From Eimeria praecox (lineage: Eukaryota), in NCBI GenBank assembly GCA_963920595.1, contig OY986950.1, forward strand, positions 1,612,001-1,676,000: 64,000 bases of DNA, written 5' to 3'. This document shows, piece after piece, positions 51,750 to 63,924 of this stretch. The position numbers and the translations under genes are program-made. A model generated the notes under the pieces. That model saw only the letters and a list, made by a program, of their open reading frames with translations. It was not told the origin of the DNA and did not search any database. Positions within the stretch are counted from its first letter, which is position 1. Every line of letters starts with the position of its first letter.

Positions 51750-51927
51750 ATAGCTAGCTAGCTAGCTAGCTAGCTAGCTAGTCAGTCAGTCAACTAGCTA
51801 GCTAGCTAGCTTGCTGGCTGGCTGGATGGTCGGCTAGCTAGCTAGCTAGCTAGGTAGCTAGCTAGGTAGCTAGCTAGCTAGCTAGGCAGGTAGGTAGGTA
51901 GCTAGCTACCTGTGCAGCTGCTAGCTA
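51750..51927. repeat. (TAGC)n array between convergent gene ends
   Basis: Begins 2 bp after the TGA at 51748. Confidence 0.93.
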
Positions 51928-52525
51928 CCCCTTAACAACGCGCGTAGTTCGACAATCTAGCCAGTAACACAGGCTGCTGCTGTTGCTGCAGCAGCAGCTG
52001 CAGCAGCAGCTGCAGCAGCAACTGCTGTTGCTGTTGCTGCTGTTGCAGCTGCAACAGCAGCAACTGGTGTTGCTGTTGCTGCTGCAGCAGCAGCAACAGC
52101 AGCAACTACTACTACAGACGCAGAGCAGAAGACACAATTCATACAAAAAGATTTTCCTATTAAATCTCTTCGCCGCAACAAACCAAGATAACTGCAGCAG
52201 CAGCAGCTGCTGCTGCTGCTGCTGCTGCTGGGGCTGCTGCTGCTGCTGCTGCAGACGCCGCAGCAGCAAACGCTGCTGCGGCTGCTCGATAGGAAACAGC
52301 CATAGCAGGTAGTGCGGCTACAGCAGCAGCAGCTGCTGCTGCTGCTGCAGCAGCATTTGTTAACACTGCCCCCGCAATAGAAGTTGAGGTTGAGACAGTC
52401 CGGGCACACAGCAGCAGCAGCAGCAGCAGCTGCTGCTGCTGCTGCTCCCCTATGAAATAGAAGCAGAGCCTCTGCTGCTGCATTCGTTGCTGCTGCTGCT
52501 GCTGCTGCAGCAGCTGCTGCTGCTG

Positions 52526-52790
52526 CTATCCAAGCAAACAGAAGCAGAGGAGCTGCAGCACTAAACAGCATAAGAAGAAATCCGCTATCGCTCTATCCTT
52601 CGTAACAGAGAATATCTCCGGGCAGACAAGCTGCAGCAGCAGCAGCAGCAGCAGCAGCAGCACACAACAGCAGCAGCAGCAGCAGCAGTTATGATGACGC
52701 CCACAAGCAGCACCCAGCAGCAACAACTTGCTGCAGCAACAGCTGCAGCAGACTGACAGCAGCAGCATATCAACACACCACCATCTCGCC

Positions 52791-52826
<36 letters not shown>

Positions 52827-53086
52827 GCGGCAGTAGCAGCAGCAGCTAGCTGCAGCAGCGGTATCTAGCTACAGCAACAGCCTCTAGTTATAGCAGCATC
52901 ATCTAGCTGTAGCAGCAACCGCAGCAGCACCACGTAGCAGCAGCAGCAGCAGCACCACCACCACCACCACCACCACCACCACCACCAGCAGCAGCACCAC
53001 GTAGCAGCAGCAGCAACAGCACCACGTAGCAGCAGCAGCAACAGCACCACGTAGCAGCAGCAGCAGCAACAGCAGCAGCACCGCCT

Positions 53087-53123
<37 letters not shown>

Positions 53124-53358
53124 GTTGACGCACCTGAGCTCGGAGACATCCTGTAAGTGCTGCTGTTCCGCAGCAGGAGAATACAGCAGCAACAAACGCT
53201 GGCTTTGGATATGTGGTGTTTGATAAGAGAGGCAGCAGCAGCAACAGCAGCAGCAGCAGCAGCAACCAAATAATAAAACTATCGAGGAGGCGAATCTGCT
53301 GCGAATAGTTTGAGGTGTATGTACACCACGCGTTTAGAAACATCTTCCGTAGGCTCAT
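52526..53358 (-). CDS. DAD1: Oligosaccharyltransferase subunit DAD1/OST2; exons 53358-53134 and 52630-52526 (109 aa)
   Basis: MSLRKMFLNAWCTYTSNYSQQIRLLDSFII...TYPKPAFVAAVFSCCGTAALTGCLRAQ|LVCPEIFSVTKDRAIADFFLCCLVLQLLCFCLLG matches the DAD1 pattern (KLLDAY, TFPFNSF, SCVG, CLRIQ, ERAFADF, terminal NFVG) and length. Confidence 0.9.
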
Positions 53359-53673
53359 CCTGCAGCTGCTGCTGCTGCAGCTGCTGCTGCTGCAGCTGCT
53401 GCTGCTGCTGCTGCAGCTGCTGCTGCTGCTGCTGCAGCTGCTGCTGCTGCTGCTGCAGCTGCTGCTGCTGCTGCTGCTGCAGGTTTCTTCTGCTGCAGCA
53501 GCATCTGTCGTGCTGCTTGGCTTCCCCTGAGCTTTGCGTGCTGCTTCTGCTGCAGCAGGTGAGTTGCTGCTGCTGCGCTGCTGCTGCTGCTGCTGCTGCA
53601 GCGGCGTGCTGCGATGCCGCTGCTTCATCTATCCCGATAATAAGCAACAACTCAGCAACAGCAGCAGCAGCAA

Positions 53674-53722
<49 letters not shown>

Positions 53723-53832
53723 TAGGGGGGCCCCCTCCAGTCAGGGGTGTGTTGTTGCTGTGTTGCTGTTAGTTTTGTTTATTCGCTGTGTCTTCAACAT
53801 ATTTTGCTGCTGCTAGCAGCAGCAAAACTCTT

Positions 53833-53875
<43 letters not shown>

Positions 53876-53887
53876 CTGAGACAGTCA

Positions 53888-53919
<32 letters not shown>

Positions 53920-54081
53920 ATGCGTCGGCAGCGGTATTTGGGGCTCTCTTTCTCTGTGTTAATCTAAATATATAAATATAAATATATATTATTTTGATTT
54001 ATTTTTATTTATTTAAATTTTGTTTATTTAAATTAAAAAACATTTCAAAGAGCGCGCAGCAAACTCCGCAAGGAGAAGCGA

Positions 54082-54112
<31 letters not shown>

Positions 54113-54127
54113 ACTTCTGCTGCTGCT

Positions 54128-54159
<32 letters not shown>

Positions 54160-54511
54160 TGCGTAGACAGCAGAGCCATGGGCAGGTCCACCCTTCAAGG
54201 TGTAGCTACAGCAGCTATTGCTGCTGCTGCCAGGCTTGTTTGCTGCAGCAGCAGCTGCTGCTGTTGCTTTGATGGTGCTGCAGGATGCAGCATTTGCTGC
54301 TGCTGCTGCTGCTGCTGCTGTTCTGCTGTTGCTGCTTCTTCCTTCGCTGCTGCTGCTGCTGCTGCTTACTGCATCGTTCGCGCTGCTGCAGCACAGCAGC
54401 GTACAGCCTGCTGCAGCGAGAGAATGTAAAGAGGCAGCTGACTGGCTGGCCCCTTGCTGCTGCTGTTGCTGCTGCTGTTGCTGCTGCTGTTGCTGCTGCT
54501 GTTGCTGCTGC

Positions 54512-54543
<32 letters not shown>

Positions 54544-54653
54544 CGACACAGGAGCAGCAAGAACAGCAGCTGTTGCTGCGACACAGCAGCAGCTGCTGCT
54601 GCTCTCGTTTGTGCCCTGCATGCGCATGCAGCTTTGGATGCTGCCTTTAAGGC

Positions 54654-54711
<58 letters not shown>

Positions 54712-54814
54712 GCTGCTGCTCTCACTGCGTCAGAGGCCCTTGCAGCAGCAGCAACAGGACACCTAGCTGCAGACAGCAGCAGCAGCTGCTGCAGAAGCTG
54801 CTGCGCGGTTGTTT

Positions 54815-55735
54815 CTAATGAGGAGGTTGCTGCTGCAACAGATATGGTTGCTGCTGCAGCAGGGGTGTTTGCTGCTGCTGCAGCTGTGGTTGTTGCTGCA
54901 GCACTGTTGGTTTCTGCTGCAGCAATGTTGGTTTCTGCTGCAGCAGCATAGGTGCTTGTTGCTGCTGCAGCAGCAGAGGTGGTTGCTGCTGCAGCAGCTG
55001 TGGCTGTTGCTGCTGCAGCAGCAGAGGTTGTTGCTGCTGCTGCTGCGATGATGGCTGGTGCAACCTTCTTTGGGGCTGCAGCAGCGGTGGCTGCTGCTGC
55101 AGCAGCAGAGGAGGTTGCTGCTGCTGCAGCAGGTGTGGTTGCTGCTGCAGCAGGTGTGGTTGCTGCTGCAGCAGTGTCGTCTGCTGCCTCAGCAGCTGCG
55201 GCTGTTGCGGCCCCTGTTGCTGCTGCTGCCGCAGCAGAGGATGCTGCTGCTGCAGCAGATGTGGTTGCTGCTGCAGCAGAGGTGCTTTCTGCTGCAGCAG
55301 ATGTGGCTGCTGCTGCAGCAGATGTGGCTGCTGCTGCAGCAGATGTGGCTGCTGCTGCAGCAGATGTGGCTGCTGCTGCAGCAGGGGTAGTTGCAGCTGC
55401 TGCAGCTGCGGTAGCTGCACCTGCAGCAGATGTGGTTGCTGCTGCAGCAGTGTGGGTTTGTGCTGCTGCAGCAGTGATGGTTGTTGCTGCTGCAGCAGAT
55501 GCAGTTGCTGCTGCAGCAGAGGATGCTGCTGCAGCCCCAGTGGTGGCTGCTGCTGCTGCAGTGATGATGGTTGATGCAGCAAGGAGGCCTGCTGCTGCTG
55601 CTGCTGCTGCTGCTGCTTGTTAGAGACACCTAAGAACCCCTGCTGCGTTTGCTGCAGCAGCGGGGGATTCGATTTTTCTGGCTGCAGCAGCTGAGCTAGC
55701 GGTTGCAGCTCTAGCGGTTTCAATAGCTGCAGCAG

Positions 55736-55774
<39 letters not shown>

Positions 55775-56219
55775 TTGTTGTTGTTGTTGCTCCTCTTGCT
55801 GCTTCTGCTGCTGAGCAAGGCCAGCGAGACGCTCGTCCTGCTGCTGCTGCTGCTTCTCTTCCTGCTGCTGCTGCTGCTGCTGCTTCTCCTGCTGCTGTTG
55901 CTGCTGCTGCTGCTCACCATGTTGTTGGTGCTGCTCCTGCTGCTGCTGCTCCCGTTGCTCCTGCTGCTGCTGCTCCTGCTGCTGCTGCTCCTGCTGCTGC
56001 TGTTGCTGCTGCAGCAGTTGCTGTGATTGCGTCTGAGGAGTCGGCTGTTCTTCTTCTTGCCGTTGCTGTTGCTGTTCCTCTCGCTGCTGCTGCTGCTGTT
56101 GTTGTTGTTGCTGTTGCTGCACCTGCTGCTGCTGGTGCTGCACTTTCTGTTGCTGCTGTTGTCGTTGGTGTCTTTTCTTCTGTTGGTTGTCTTTCTGTTG
56201 CTGCTGCTGCAGCTGTTGC

Positions 56220-56252
<33 letters not shown>

Positions 56253-56643
56253 AGCTGTTGCTGTTGCTGCAGCTGTTGCTGCTGCTGCTGCTGCAGCTGT
56301 TGCTGCTGCTGCTTCTGCTGCTGCTTTTGTATTTTTCTGAAATATCTTTTTTGTGTATATCTTTCTCTTCTTTCTCTTCTTCTTTCTGCTGCTGTTCGCA
56401 TGCGTACTCTTTGTTGCTGCTGCTGCTGCAGCAGCAGCAGCAGAGCTTTCTTGCGGTGTCTAGACACCCGAGACCTGTCTCCTCGAATAGGACAGTCAGC
56501 AAGACCCGTGATAGCATGAGGGAAGGGAACAAGCATGGAGTGTATCTCCACCTCATGTCGCATGCGCTGTCTCCTTTGGAGACGATCCTGGGGTGTCTCC
56601 TGAGCTAGTAGTATTGCTGCTGCTTCAATACTAACCCCAGAAT

Positions 56644-56680
<37 letters not shown>

Positions 56681-57072
56681 TGCAGCAGCAGCAGCAGATC
56701 CAGCACCTGCAGCAGCTGCTGCAGTTGCTGTTATTGCAGCAACAGATCCTGCTGCTGCAGCAGGTAAGCGCTTGAGCTGACAGGTTTGATAGGGATATCC
56801 CCTATACACCCAAACCCCACAATCTAATTTGCTGCTGCAGCTGTTGCTGCAGCTGCTCGCGCTGCTGCTGTCTTCTATTAAAGACCCTAAATCATTATCT
56901 AGCAGAGCCATACCAGGCCACACACACAGAGGAGGCCTCTCACTAGGACAGTCATACAGACTGCTGCTGCTGCTGCTGCTGCTGCTATTGCTGCTGCTGC
57001 TAGTGTTGCTGTTGGTGTTGTTGTTGCTGATATTGCTGTTGCTGTTGCTGTTAGTGGTGGTGGTGGTGTTGG

Positions 57073-57104
<32 letters not shown>

Positions 57105-57311
57105 TTGCAGGCGGCTGATGAGGGCTCGGGAGCAGCAGCTGCTGCTGCTGTTTCTGTTGTTGCTGCATCTGCATCTCCATCTGCAGCAGCAGCAGCAGCA
57201 GCAGTATCAGCAGCAGCAGCAGCAGCAGCAGCATCCGATATATCTTGTGTTTCTTCTCCCCTGTAAGCCTGCCTTCTCATGCCCGTTCCAGCCTCCTCCT
57301 CCTTCTCCTCT

Positions 57312-57368
<57 letters not shown>

Positions 57369-58019
57369 AGCAGCAGCTGAGGGGGGTAGGGACAGCAGCG
57401 TGGTCCGCTAACAAAGGAGGAGACAGGCCGTGGCAGCAGCATCCACTTAAGGAGACACATTCTCTGTCTCGGTAGAAACGTATAACCCTTACAAGCTTCA
57501 GTGTATCTACAGTGCTGCTGACATGCTGCAGCAGTTAGTGCTGCTGTTCTAGCGAGATCGTGTCCATAGTAGTCTACCCCTGTCTCCTCACAATAATTGC
57601 TATCTAAACCTGCTGCTCCTCCTGCTCCTCCTGCTGCTGCTGCTGCTGCTGCAGCAGCAGCAGGGGAAGGGGTTGTTGTATGCGTTCGTCCTGCTGCAGC
57701 AGCACATGCAGCAGCACCAAAATGCCATCGAGACACCTCAACAAACTCGTGCTGCTGCTGCTGCTGCTCCTCCTTCTCCTGCTGCTGCTGCTGCTGCTGC
57801 TGCTCCTCCTCCTCCTCCTCCTGCTGCTGCTGCTGCTGTTCCTGCTGCTGCTGCTGCTGTTCCTGCTGCAGCAGCTGCTGCTGATATATTGGGTAGGCGT
57901 GTGGGGCCCCAGGCAACAGCCTCGGCAGCTGTTCTTCTGTCTCTTCTTCTGTTTCTTCTTCTGTCTCTTCCTCTGTCTCTTCCTCTGTCTCTTCCTCTGT
58001 CTCTTCTTTAATTGAAGAG

Positions 58020-58055
<36 letters not shown>

Positions 58056-58498
58056 TCAGCAGCAGCAGCAGCAACATCTGGTGCTTTTGCTGCTGCTGCT
58101 TCTGCTGCAGGATCGTCTTCCTTCCGTATGGATGTTGCTGCTGCTGCTGCTGCTGCTACCGTTACTGCTGCTGCTGCTGCTGCTGCTCTTGTTGCCATAG
58201 CTCTTGCTGTCTCTGCTGCTGCTCTTGTTGCTGCATCTCCTGCTGTTCTTGTTGCTGCTGCTTCTGCTGCTGCTGCTGCTGCTGCTCTTCCCTTCTTGTC
58301 TCCTTCTTCTTGTGTCTCCTTGAGGTCAGAAGCCTCCGACAGCCTTCGCTGCTGCAGCTTCTGCTGCTGTAGCTGCTGCTGCTGTTCCTGCTGCTGCTGC
58401 TGCTGCAGCAGCAGCTGCTGCTCTGCTCTAGGCTCCTTCTGTGCAGCAGCAGTCTGGTGCTGAAGCTGAGGATGCTGTTGCTGCTGCTGTTGCTGCTG

Positions 58499-58534
<36 letters not shown>

Positions 58535-58634
58535 TGAACGTATGTTGTGTTGCTGCTGCTGTTCTTGCTGCTGCATTTGCTGCTGCTCGTGCTGCTGCTC
58601 TTGCTGCGGTTGTTGCTGCTTCTGGTTCCATTGC

Positions 58635-58665
<31 letters not shown>

Positions 58666-58721
58666 CTTGCTGCTGCTTTTGTTGTTGTTGTTTTTGTTGC
58701 TCTTGCTGCTGCTCTTTCTGT

Positions 58722-58784
<63 letters not shown>

Positions 58785-59186
58785 CTTTGTTGCTGTTTCT
58801 TTTTTTGTTTGTCTTGTTTTCTTTTCTGCTTTTGTTGTTGTCGTTGCTGTCTGATCTGCTGCTGCTGCTGCTGCAGCTGCTGCTGCAGCTGCTGCTGCGT
58901 TAGCTGCGGATAGCGGCGAAGGCTGCAGCTGCCTCGAATACCCGCAGATAATAAATTAGAGCTGTAGAAGAAGTAATGGGTGCAGCCAGCAGCAGCAGCA
59001 GCAGCAGCACCAGAAGCAGCACCAGAAGCAGCACCAGAGGCAGCACCAGAAGCAGCAGAAGCAGCAGCAGCAGCAGCAGCAAGACACAGACGCCGACAAG
59101 CAGCAGCAGAAGCAACACCTGCAGCAACAAAGCTGACTTCCTCACCACCTGGATAGTCGACTCCACTGCTGCCACATGCGTCCTCT

Positions 59187-59240
<54 letters not shown>

Positions 59241-59373
59241 GCAGCAGGAACAGAAGGAGCAGCAGCAATGGGCTTTCTAAACTGAGTAGCGAAGCAGCAG
59301 CTGCTGCAGTTGTCTGCTGCTGCTGCTGCTGCGGCTTCCAGCAGTTCGTGCTGCTCCATATGTGCAGCAAAAA

Positions 59374-59408
<35 letters not shown>

Positions 59409-59448
59409 GCAGCAACAGCAGCAGCAGCAGCAACAGCAGCAACAGCAA

Positions 59449-59486
<38 letters not shown>

Positions 59487-59640
59487 GCAGCAACAGCACC
59501 AGCAGCAGCAACAGCACCAGCAGCAGCAACAGCAGCAACAGCACCAGCAGCAGCAACAGCACCAGCAGCAGCAACAGCACCAGCAGCAGCAGCAGCAACA
59601 GCACCAGCAGCAGCAACAGCACCAGCAGCAGCAACAGCAC

Positions 59641-59675
<35 letters not shown>

Positions 59676-59819
59676 GCAGCAGCATACCTGGGCAGAGATT
59701 GTAATCAGAGTCGCCGCAGCGGGAGCAGCATGGGAGGCCGCTGACTTGGCGGCTGCAGAAGAAGATTCTGTCTTCCTCTGAAGCTGGTGTGTCTTGCTGC
59801 AGCACCTCTCTGCTGCTGC

Positions 59820-59867
<48 letters not shown>

Positions 59868-59975
59868 CGCTGCTGCTGCTCTTCGGAAGACAGAATGGGT
59901 CGAATCTACCTCCAGATACTCCAGAGATACTCGCGATATCACACGTCTCGCTGCTGCTGCCTGCACATAACAAAG

Positions 59976-60007
<32 letters not shown>

Positions 60008-60150
60008 ACAGCAGCAGCAGCAGCAACAGCAGCAACAAGTCCTGCTGCAGTAGATCGCAAATCTTATTTGCTGCTGCTGTTTAACTCCTCAGTTTTCTTG
60101 GCCTCCGTTCGGAAGCAGCAGCAGCAAAATATCAGCAGCAGCAACAGCAA

Positions 60151-60182
<32 letters not shown>

Positions 60183-60236
60183 CCAACAGCAGCAGCTTAC
60201 AGGTGTCTTCCGGCAGCAGCGGAGGGGGAAGCAGCA

Positions 60237-60268
<32 letters not shown>

Positions 60269-61352
60269 GAAGAACAGTCGAGGGGGCCCCCCACCAGCAG
60301 CAGAAATTGTTTGTGGCTGCTGGGGACAGCCAACGCCGGCGAAGCTGAATCCAGCAGGTGACACGAGCTCTGCAGCAGCAGCAGCAGCAACAGCAGCAAT
60401 AGCAGCAGCAGCAGCAGCAGCAATAGCAGCAGCAGCAGCAGCAGCAATAGCAGCAGCAGCGACAGATGGTGCTGTGGATGAGCCTCTCAGATCAAACGCT
60501 GAAAAAGAAGAAGAAGAAATACGACATAACAACAACAACAGCAGCAGCAGCAGCAGCTGCAGCAGCAGCAGCAGCAGCTGCAGCAGCAGCTGCTGCAGCA
60601 GCAGCTGCAGCAGCAGCAGCGGCTGCTGCTGCTGCTCTCCTGCCCGCATGCGAGCTGTCGTTACGCGCAGCAGCAAGAACAAAAACAGCAGCAGCACCAA
60701 CAGCAGCAGCAGCAGCACCAACAGCAGCAGCAGCACCACCAACAGCAGCAGCAGCAGCACCAACAGCAGCAGCAGCACCACCAACAGTAGCTTCAACAGC
60801 AGCAGCAGCAACAGCAGCACCAAGAGCAGCAAGAGCAGCAACAGCAGAACCATCATCATCATCAGCACCAGCAGCAACAGCAGCAGCACCATCACAAGCA
60901 GCAGCAGCAGCACCATCATCAGCAGCAGCAACAGCAGCACCAGCAGCAGCATCATCAGCAACAGCAGCAGCAGCAGCAACATCATGATCAGCAGCAGCAG
61001 CAGCACCATCATGGCCAGCAGCAACAGCAGCAGCATCATCAGCAGCACCATCATCATCATCATCAGCAGCACCACCATCATCATCAGCAGCACCACCATC
61101 ATCATCATCATCAGCAACAGCAGCAACAGCAGCAACAGCAGCAACAGCAGCAGCAGCAGCAGCAGCAACAGGCTTCGTACCTGAAGTTGCTTAGGGAGGA
61201 GTTTGTTTCTAACAAGAAGAAAATATCTACAGTAAGGAGAAGCAGCAAGACACAGCTTACGACATGCTGCAGCAGAAGCAGCAGCAAAAGGAAGCACAGC
61301 TACCGCCCGCCCCACACCTAATCGCAGCCCCCTCCACAGGCAGCCAGTGTCT
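54815..61352 (-). CDS. Large PAN/apple-domain protein (at least 4 PAN-like domains) with extensive homopolymer inserts. Last exon ~59184-54815; further exons ~59960-59688, ~60520-60200 and ~61352-61181; the 5' part may extend toward or beyond 64000
   Basis: One canonical apple domain: CEETGVDYYGHDL...AAACQQHCRYTEACKGYTF...CLLK...FVSGPRCC. Related domains: CVWPGMALLDNDL..C..C..C.VWVY...CQLK, CGSSGVDYPG..ACRRLC..CTHYFF..CSLR and CLWRGLRL..ACRKLC..YCRYF. Confidence 0.8.
54818..55600 (-). repeat. Coding 21-bp-type repeat encoding (LLQQQPH)n and variants
   Basis: GATGTGGCTGCTGCTGCAGCA units on the + strand at ~55300-55380, with many variants across the interval. Confidence 0.85.
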
Positions 61353-61370
61353 TCTGCTGCAGCAGCAACA

Positions 61371-61401
<31 letters not shown>

Positions 61402-61599
61402 ATAGATACAATTGCAGCTGATGTTAAACAGCAACAACTGCTGCTGCAGCAGCAACAGCAACAGCAGAAGACGCAAGGACAGCAGCACCAACAGTAGAAG
61501 TGGCAGGACCAACAGCAACAACAGCAGCAGCAACAGCAGCAGCAACAGCAGCAGCAACAGCAGCAGCAACACTGAGGAGACACTAAGAAAAGATTTATC

Positions 61600-61830
61600 T
61601 ACCCCACAAAACCAGAAGAGTGGCCTCGGGTTGAAGACTCTGCTGCTGCTGCTGCTGCTGCAGCAGCAGCAGCAGCAGCAGCAGAAACAGGAGCAGCAGC
61701 AGCAGCAGAAACAGCTACAGCAACATCAACACCGGTAGCAACAGCAACAACAATAGCAAGAGCAGCAACGAAAGCAGCATCAGCAACAGCATCAGAAACA
61801 GCAGTAACAACACCAGCACCAACAGCAGCA

Positions 61831-61881
<51 letters not shown>

Positions 61882-61996
61882 CACCTCACCTGCTTCGTGC
61901 TGCCCCGGGCCCCACAGAGCGGCAACATCTTCTGTTGGTGTCAGCAGCAAAGATTTGCTGTAGTTGTGGGGAGTGTCGGGATCTGCTGCTGCAGCA

Positions 61997-62027
<31 letters not shown>

Positions 62028-62218
62028 GAGGAGATAGCAGCGGCATCTTCAACACAGGTCTGAAGGACTGCTGCTGCAGCTCATATCGCTGCTGCTGCTG
62101 CTGCTGCTCCTGCTGCTGCTGCTCCTGCTGCTGCTGCTGCTGCTGCAGCAAGACAACACTCATTCTTCGATAAACTTGTAGTAGCACAGAGCGAACAGGG
62201 AAGAGGATACACGGCTTC

Positions 62219-62251
<33 letters not shown>

Positions 62252-62667
62252 TTGCTGCTGTTGCTGCTGTTGCTGCTGTTGCTGCTGTTGCTGTTGCTGT
62301 TGCAGCATCGGCTGACTACGTAAACACAGTGTCTTAACACCTCACACCCACAGACGAAGATATGATATTTAGGGTTTAGGGTTTAGGGTTTAGGGTTTAG
62401 GGTTTAGGGTTTAGGGTTTAGGGTTTAGGTGACCCTGCGAGCGGAGTTAGCTAGGGAAGGGGAAGGTAGGCTTCTGCTGCTGCTGCTGCTGCTGCAGCTG
62501 CTGCAGTTGCTGCTCCTTCAGAATATTGATTTAGGTGTAGTTGCTGCCTCGTTCCAGCAGCAGCAGCAGCAGCTGCAGCAGTAGCAGCAGCAGCAGCAGC
62601 TGCTGCTGCTGTCGAAGAAGGGGGGCCCAGGGATCGCCTGGAGAGACAGGGAACGTTGCTGCTGCTG

Positions 62668-62710
<43 letters not shown>

Positions 62711-62835
62711 GCAGCAGCAAAAGATTAAGACAATTTAAATATATTTATTTAATTTTCTAACTCTTTCACTTAACAGCAAATAAACTCCTCGACAGCAGAG
62801 CAGCTGGAGAGACAGCCGGGGGCCCCAGGACCATC

Positions 62836-62894
<59 letters not shown>

Positions 62895-62995
62895 GCAGAA
62901 GCTTGGAGGTGTTAGCAGCAATTGTTCGTATATTTTAAATTTTATTTCAAAGATTTGACATACAACGCAAGATCTTAGGGCTGCTGCAGCGGCAA

Positions 62996-63032
<37 letters not shown>

Positions 63033-63051
63033 AGCAGCAGCAGCAGCAGCA

Positions 63052-63086
<35 letters not shown>

Positions 63087-63179
63087 CCACACGCCTTATA
63101 GCTTCAAGCTTATTTAATCCCTTGGACTCCATGAGATTCAGAGGTCCCGCTGCTAGGAAGGTGAGGCGCAGCAGCTGCA

Positions 63180-63211
<32 letters not shown>

Positions 63212-63530
63212 AGTTGCTGCGATAGCAGCAGCAGCAGCAGCTGCTGCTGCTGCTGCTGAGACTCCTTCTTCGGGCTTACAGCGTTGGCCCCCGCAGACTC
63301 TTCTGCGGCAGCAGCAGCAGCAGCATCCGCAGCAGCAGCAGCAGCAGCAGCAGAGAGTTAATCTGCTGCTGCTATGGCAGGCGACGAGCGCCAGCAGCAG
63401 CGGCAGCAGCAACAGCTGCTGCAACAGCTGCAGCAGCAGCAGCTGCAGCAGCAGCAGCTGCTGCTCTCCCGCATGCAACAGTGGCAGAGCTCTCTACCTC
63501 AGCAGCACTTACCTCCCCCGCCGCCTCCTA

Positions 63531-63566
<36 letters not shown>

Positions 63567-63860
63567 CAGGACACAGGCAGCAGCAGCATGCTGCGCCCCA
63601 CAGACAGCCCCCTTGGGGGCAGCAGCAGCAGATGCTGCAGCACCAACTGCAGCAGCAGCAAATGCAGCAGCAGCAGCACATACAGCAGCAGCAGCAGCAG
63701 CTGGCTGCAGCCCCACCAACACCGCAGCAGCAGGCGTGGCAGCAACATCAGCAGCAGCAGCGACAGCAGCAGCAGCAGCAGCAACACCAGCCGCAGCGGC
63801 AGCTGCAGCAGCACGTTCAACCGCAGCAAATCCACCACCTTCAGGGTTATGGGGGCGTTT

Positions 63861-63870
<10 letters not shown>
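61600..63870 (-). CDS. Probable additional short exons (upstream part of the PAN gene or a separate gene)
   Basis: Non-repetitive islands flanked by sense-strand CTG tracts and GT/AG signals, e.g. GPLNLMESKGLNKLEAIR, IFEIKFKIYEQLL, DPDTPHNYSKSLLLTPTEDVAALWGPGQHEA. I could not assemble them. Confidence 0.4.
62368..62429 (-). repeat. Interstitial telomere-like (TTTAGGG)n
   Basis: About 9 units, opposite orientation to the other tracts. Confidence 0.95.

Positions 63871-63924
<54 letters not shown>

Noticed and set aside
29722..53358. Functional cluster of RNA-regulatory genes (PUF, WDR82-like, RS-rich protein)
   Set aside because: Adjacency alone is weak evidence in a eukaryote, and the neighbours DAD1 and the PAN gene are functionally unrelated.
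62368..62429. True chromosome end
   Set aside because: Only ~9 units, with exon-like sequence on both sides.
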